Shown here: positions 63,218 through 64,000 of the stretch, in pieces
Position numbering within the stretch: position 1 is the first letter of the stretch
Layout: the number at the start of each line of letters is the position of its first letter
Source of the DNA: Candidatus Bathyarchaeia archaeon
GTDB taxonomy: Archaea; Thermoproteota; Bathyarchaeia; Bathyarchaeales; Bathyarchaeaceae
DNA: 64,000 nt
Assembly: GCA_046760805.1 (NCBI GenBank)
Contig: JBHIEV010000001.1
Location: 130 to 64,129 of the forward strand
Direction of reading: 5' to 3'
Program-made: the position numbers and the translations under genes
The notes under the pieces: model-generated
Told to the model about the DNA's origin: nothing
Database searches by the model: none
What the model saw: only the letters and a program-made list of their open reading frames with translations

Positions 63218-64000
63218 TTGGAATACGCTCAAGCACTAAAAACATCTTTGCTAATACTACTTTTGATCACCTTGGCTGAACAGGTTGATGCTGACTCTCC
63301 TGCTGTAGTTGGAGTTATTCCAAGCGAAGTCATTGTGCAGAATGTTGGTGAAGTGTTTTCTGTAAACATAACAATAACAAACGTCGATAATCTTTTTGGT
63401 TATGAGGTGAAGATATTTTATAATAGTACGCAACTAAACGCCTTATGGGTTTCATTGCCCTCTAACCATTTCTTGAGACCATCCAAGGATGATATGCTCT
63501 ACGTCATAAAGAACACTACTCACAATGCATATAATGCTACCCACAAATTCATATGGTTCGCCTGTACACTCTTAAGTCCAGAAACCGAACGAAGCGGAAG
63601 CGGAGTCTTGCTAACGATCTATTTTAACGCAACAGCAAATGGAGGGCCATACCCACTGACACCAGCATATCCTGGGTACACCTATCCTGCCAAACTTTCT
63701 AATCCCGAAGCATCTCAGATACCTTGCACATCGACCCCTTCCCAAATCACTGTAGTACCAGAGTTTCCACCAGTAGATACTACGCCACCTACTATTTCCA
63801 TTCTGTCTCCAGAAAACAAAACGTATCTTGTAAGCGATGTCTCCTTAACCTTTACTGTGAACGAATCAACCTCTTGGATTGGCTACAGCTTAGACAATCA
63901 AAACAATATAACTATTAGCGGCAACACTACCCTAGTCAACCTGTCCGATGAGAAATATACTATAAAAGTTTATGCCAATGATACAGCGGGAAACATGGGG
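63218..64000 (+). CDS. secreted cohesin-domain protein (3' end runs off the window)
   Basis: Not in the ORF track. Hand translation from TTG 63218 gives EYAQALKTSLLILLLITLAEQVDADSPAVVGVIPSEVIVQNVGEVFSVNITITNVDNLFGYEVKIFYNSTQLNAL...GSGVLLTIYFNATANG, a cohesin-like pattern at about 63302-63760. It is followed by an Ig-like region with many sequons. In frame through 64000. Confidence 0.6.
   Translation, partial: MEYAQALKTSLLILLLITLAEQVDADSPAVVGVIPSEVIVQNVGEVFSVNITITNVDNLFGYEVKIFYNSTQLNALWVSLPSNHFLRPSKDDMLYVIKNTTHNAYNATHKFIWFACTLLSPETERSGSGVLLTIYFNATANGGPYPLTPAYPGYTYPAKLSNPEASQIPCTSTPSQITVVPEFPPVDTTPPTISILSPENKTYLVSDVSLTFTVNESTSWIGYSLDNQNNITISGNTTLVNLSDEKYTIKVYANDTAGNMG

Noticed and set aside
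1-64000. Search for CRISPR arrays, rRNA genes, integrases, transposases and cas genes.
   Set aside because: No regularly spaced direct repeats and no recognisable recombinase, Cas or rRNA sequence were seen on either strand.

Overview
This is an archaeal chromosomal window. The markers are L7Ae, S28e, L24e, L18e, RpoD/RpoN, isopentenyl phosphate kinase, type-2 IDI and an archaeal-type GluRS. The lineage cannot be fixed from sequence alone. No rRNA, CRISPR array, integrase or transposase was seen.

Layout:
- 0-33 kb is mostly core genome. It holds tandem MoeA paralogs, a divergent PadR pair, a UbiA prenyltransferase next to two large radical-SAM enzymes, and the L7Ae-S28e-L24e-Adk block.
- 11.4-20.8 kb holds GluRS and a nearly colinear 'archaeal-type' mevalonate pathway cluster: MVK, UbiD-like decarboxylase, AcnX large and small subunits, IPK, IDI-2 and GGPP synthase.
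- 20.9-28.6 kb is the conserved S2-enolase-RpoN-S9-L13-L18e-RpoD / S11-S4-S13 block.
- 33-38.8 kb is an accessory patch around tRNA-Ser(UGA). It has decaying copies of the tRNA 3' end, DUF4258/DUF2283 and MNT/HEPN toxin-antitoxin (TA) modules, small winged-helix (wHTH) regulators and a palindrome-rich control region.
- 38.8-64 kb is a cell-envelope region. It has a second polyprenyl synthase, large secreted and sequon-rich proteins, and a roughly 16-kb AT-richer glycosylation cluster.
- That glycosylation cluster contains an embedded isoprenoid module (two GGR-like reductases, UbiA, a methyltransferase) plus a GT-C-like membrane protein and a B12-radical-SAM enzyme.
- The window ends with a clan-A-like glycoside hydrolase, a dockerin-bearing protein and a cohesin-bearing protein that runs off the end.

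The most unusual items are:
1. The isoprenoid, radical-SAM and glycosyltransferase hybrid cluster.
2. The adjacent dockerin/cohesin/GH trio.
3. The serial tRNA-Ser att scars that carry only TA cargo.
4. A PIN-like TA cassette inserted antisense into the S11/RpoD operon.
5. A rhomboid protease fused to an Hsp20/alpha-crystallin domain.
6. Two apparent single-nucleotide frameshifts, in the HEPN gene and at codon 2 of a glycoprotein gene.

All family calls rest on motifs read by eye. No database search was possible.
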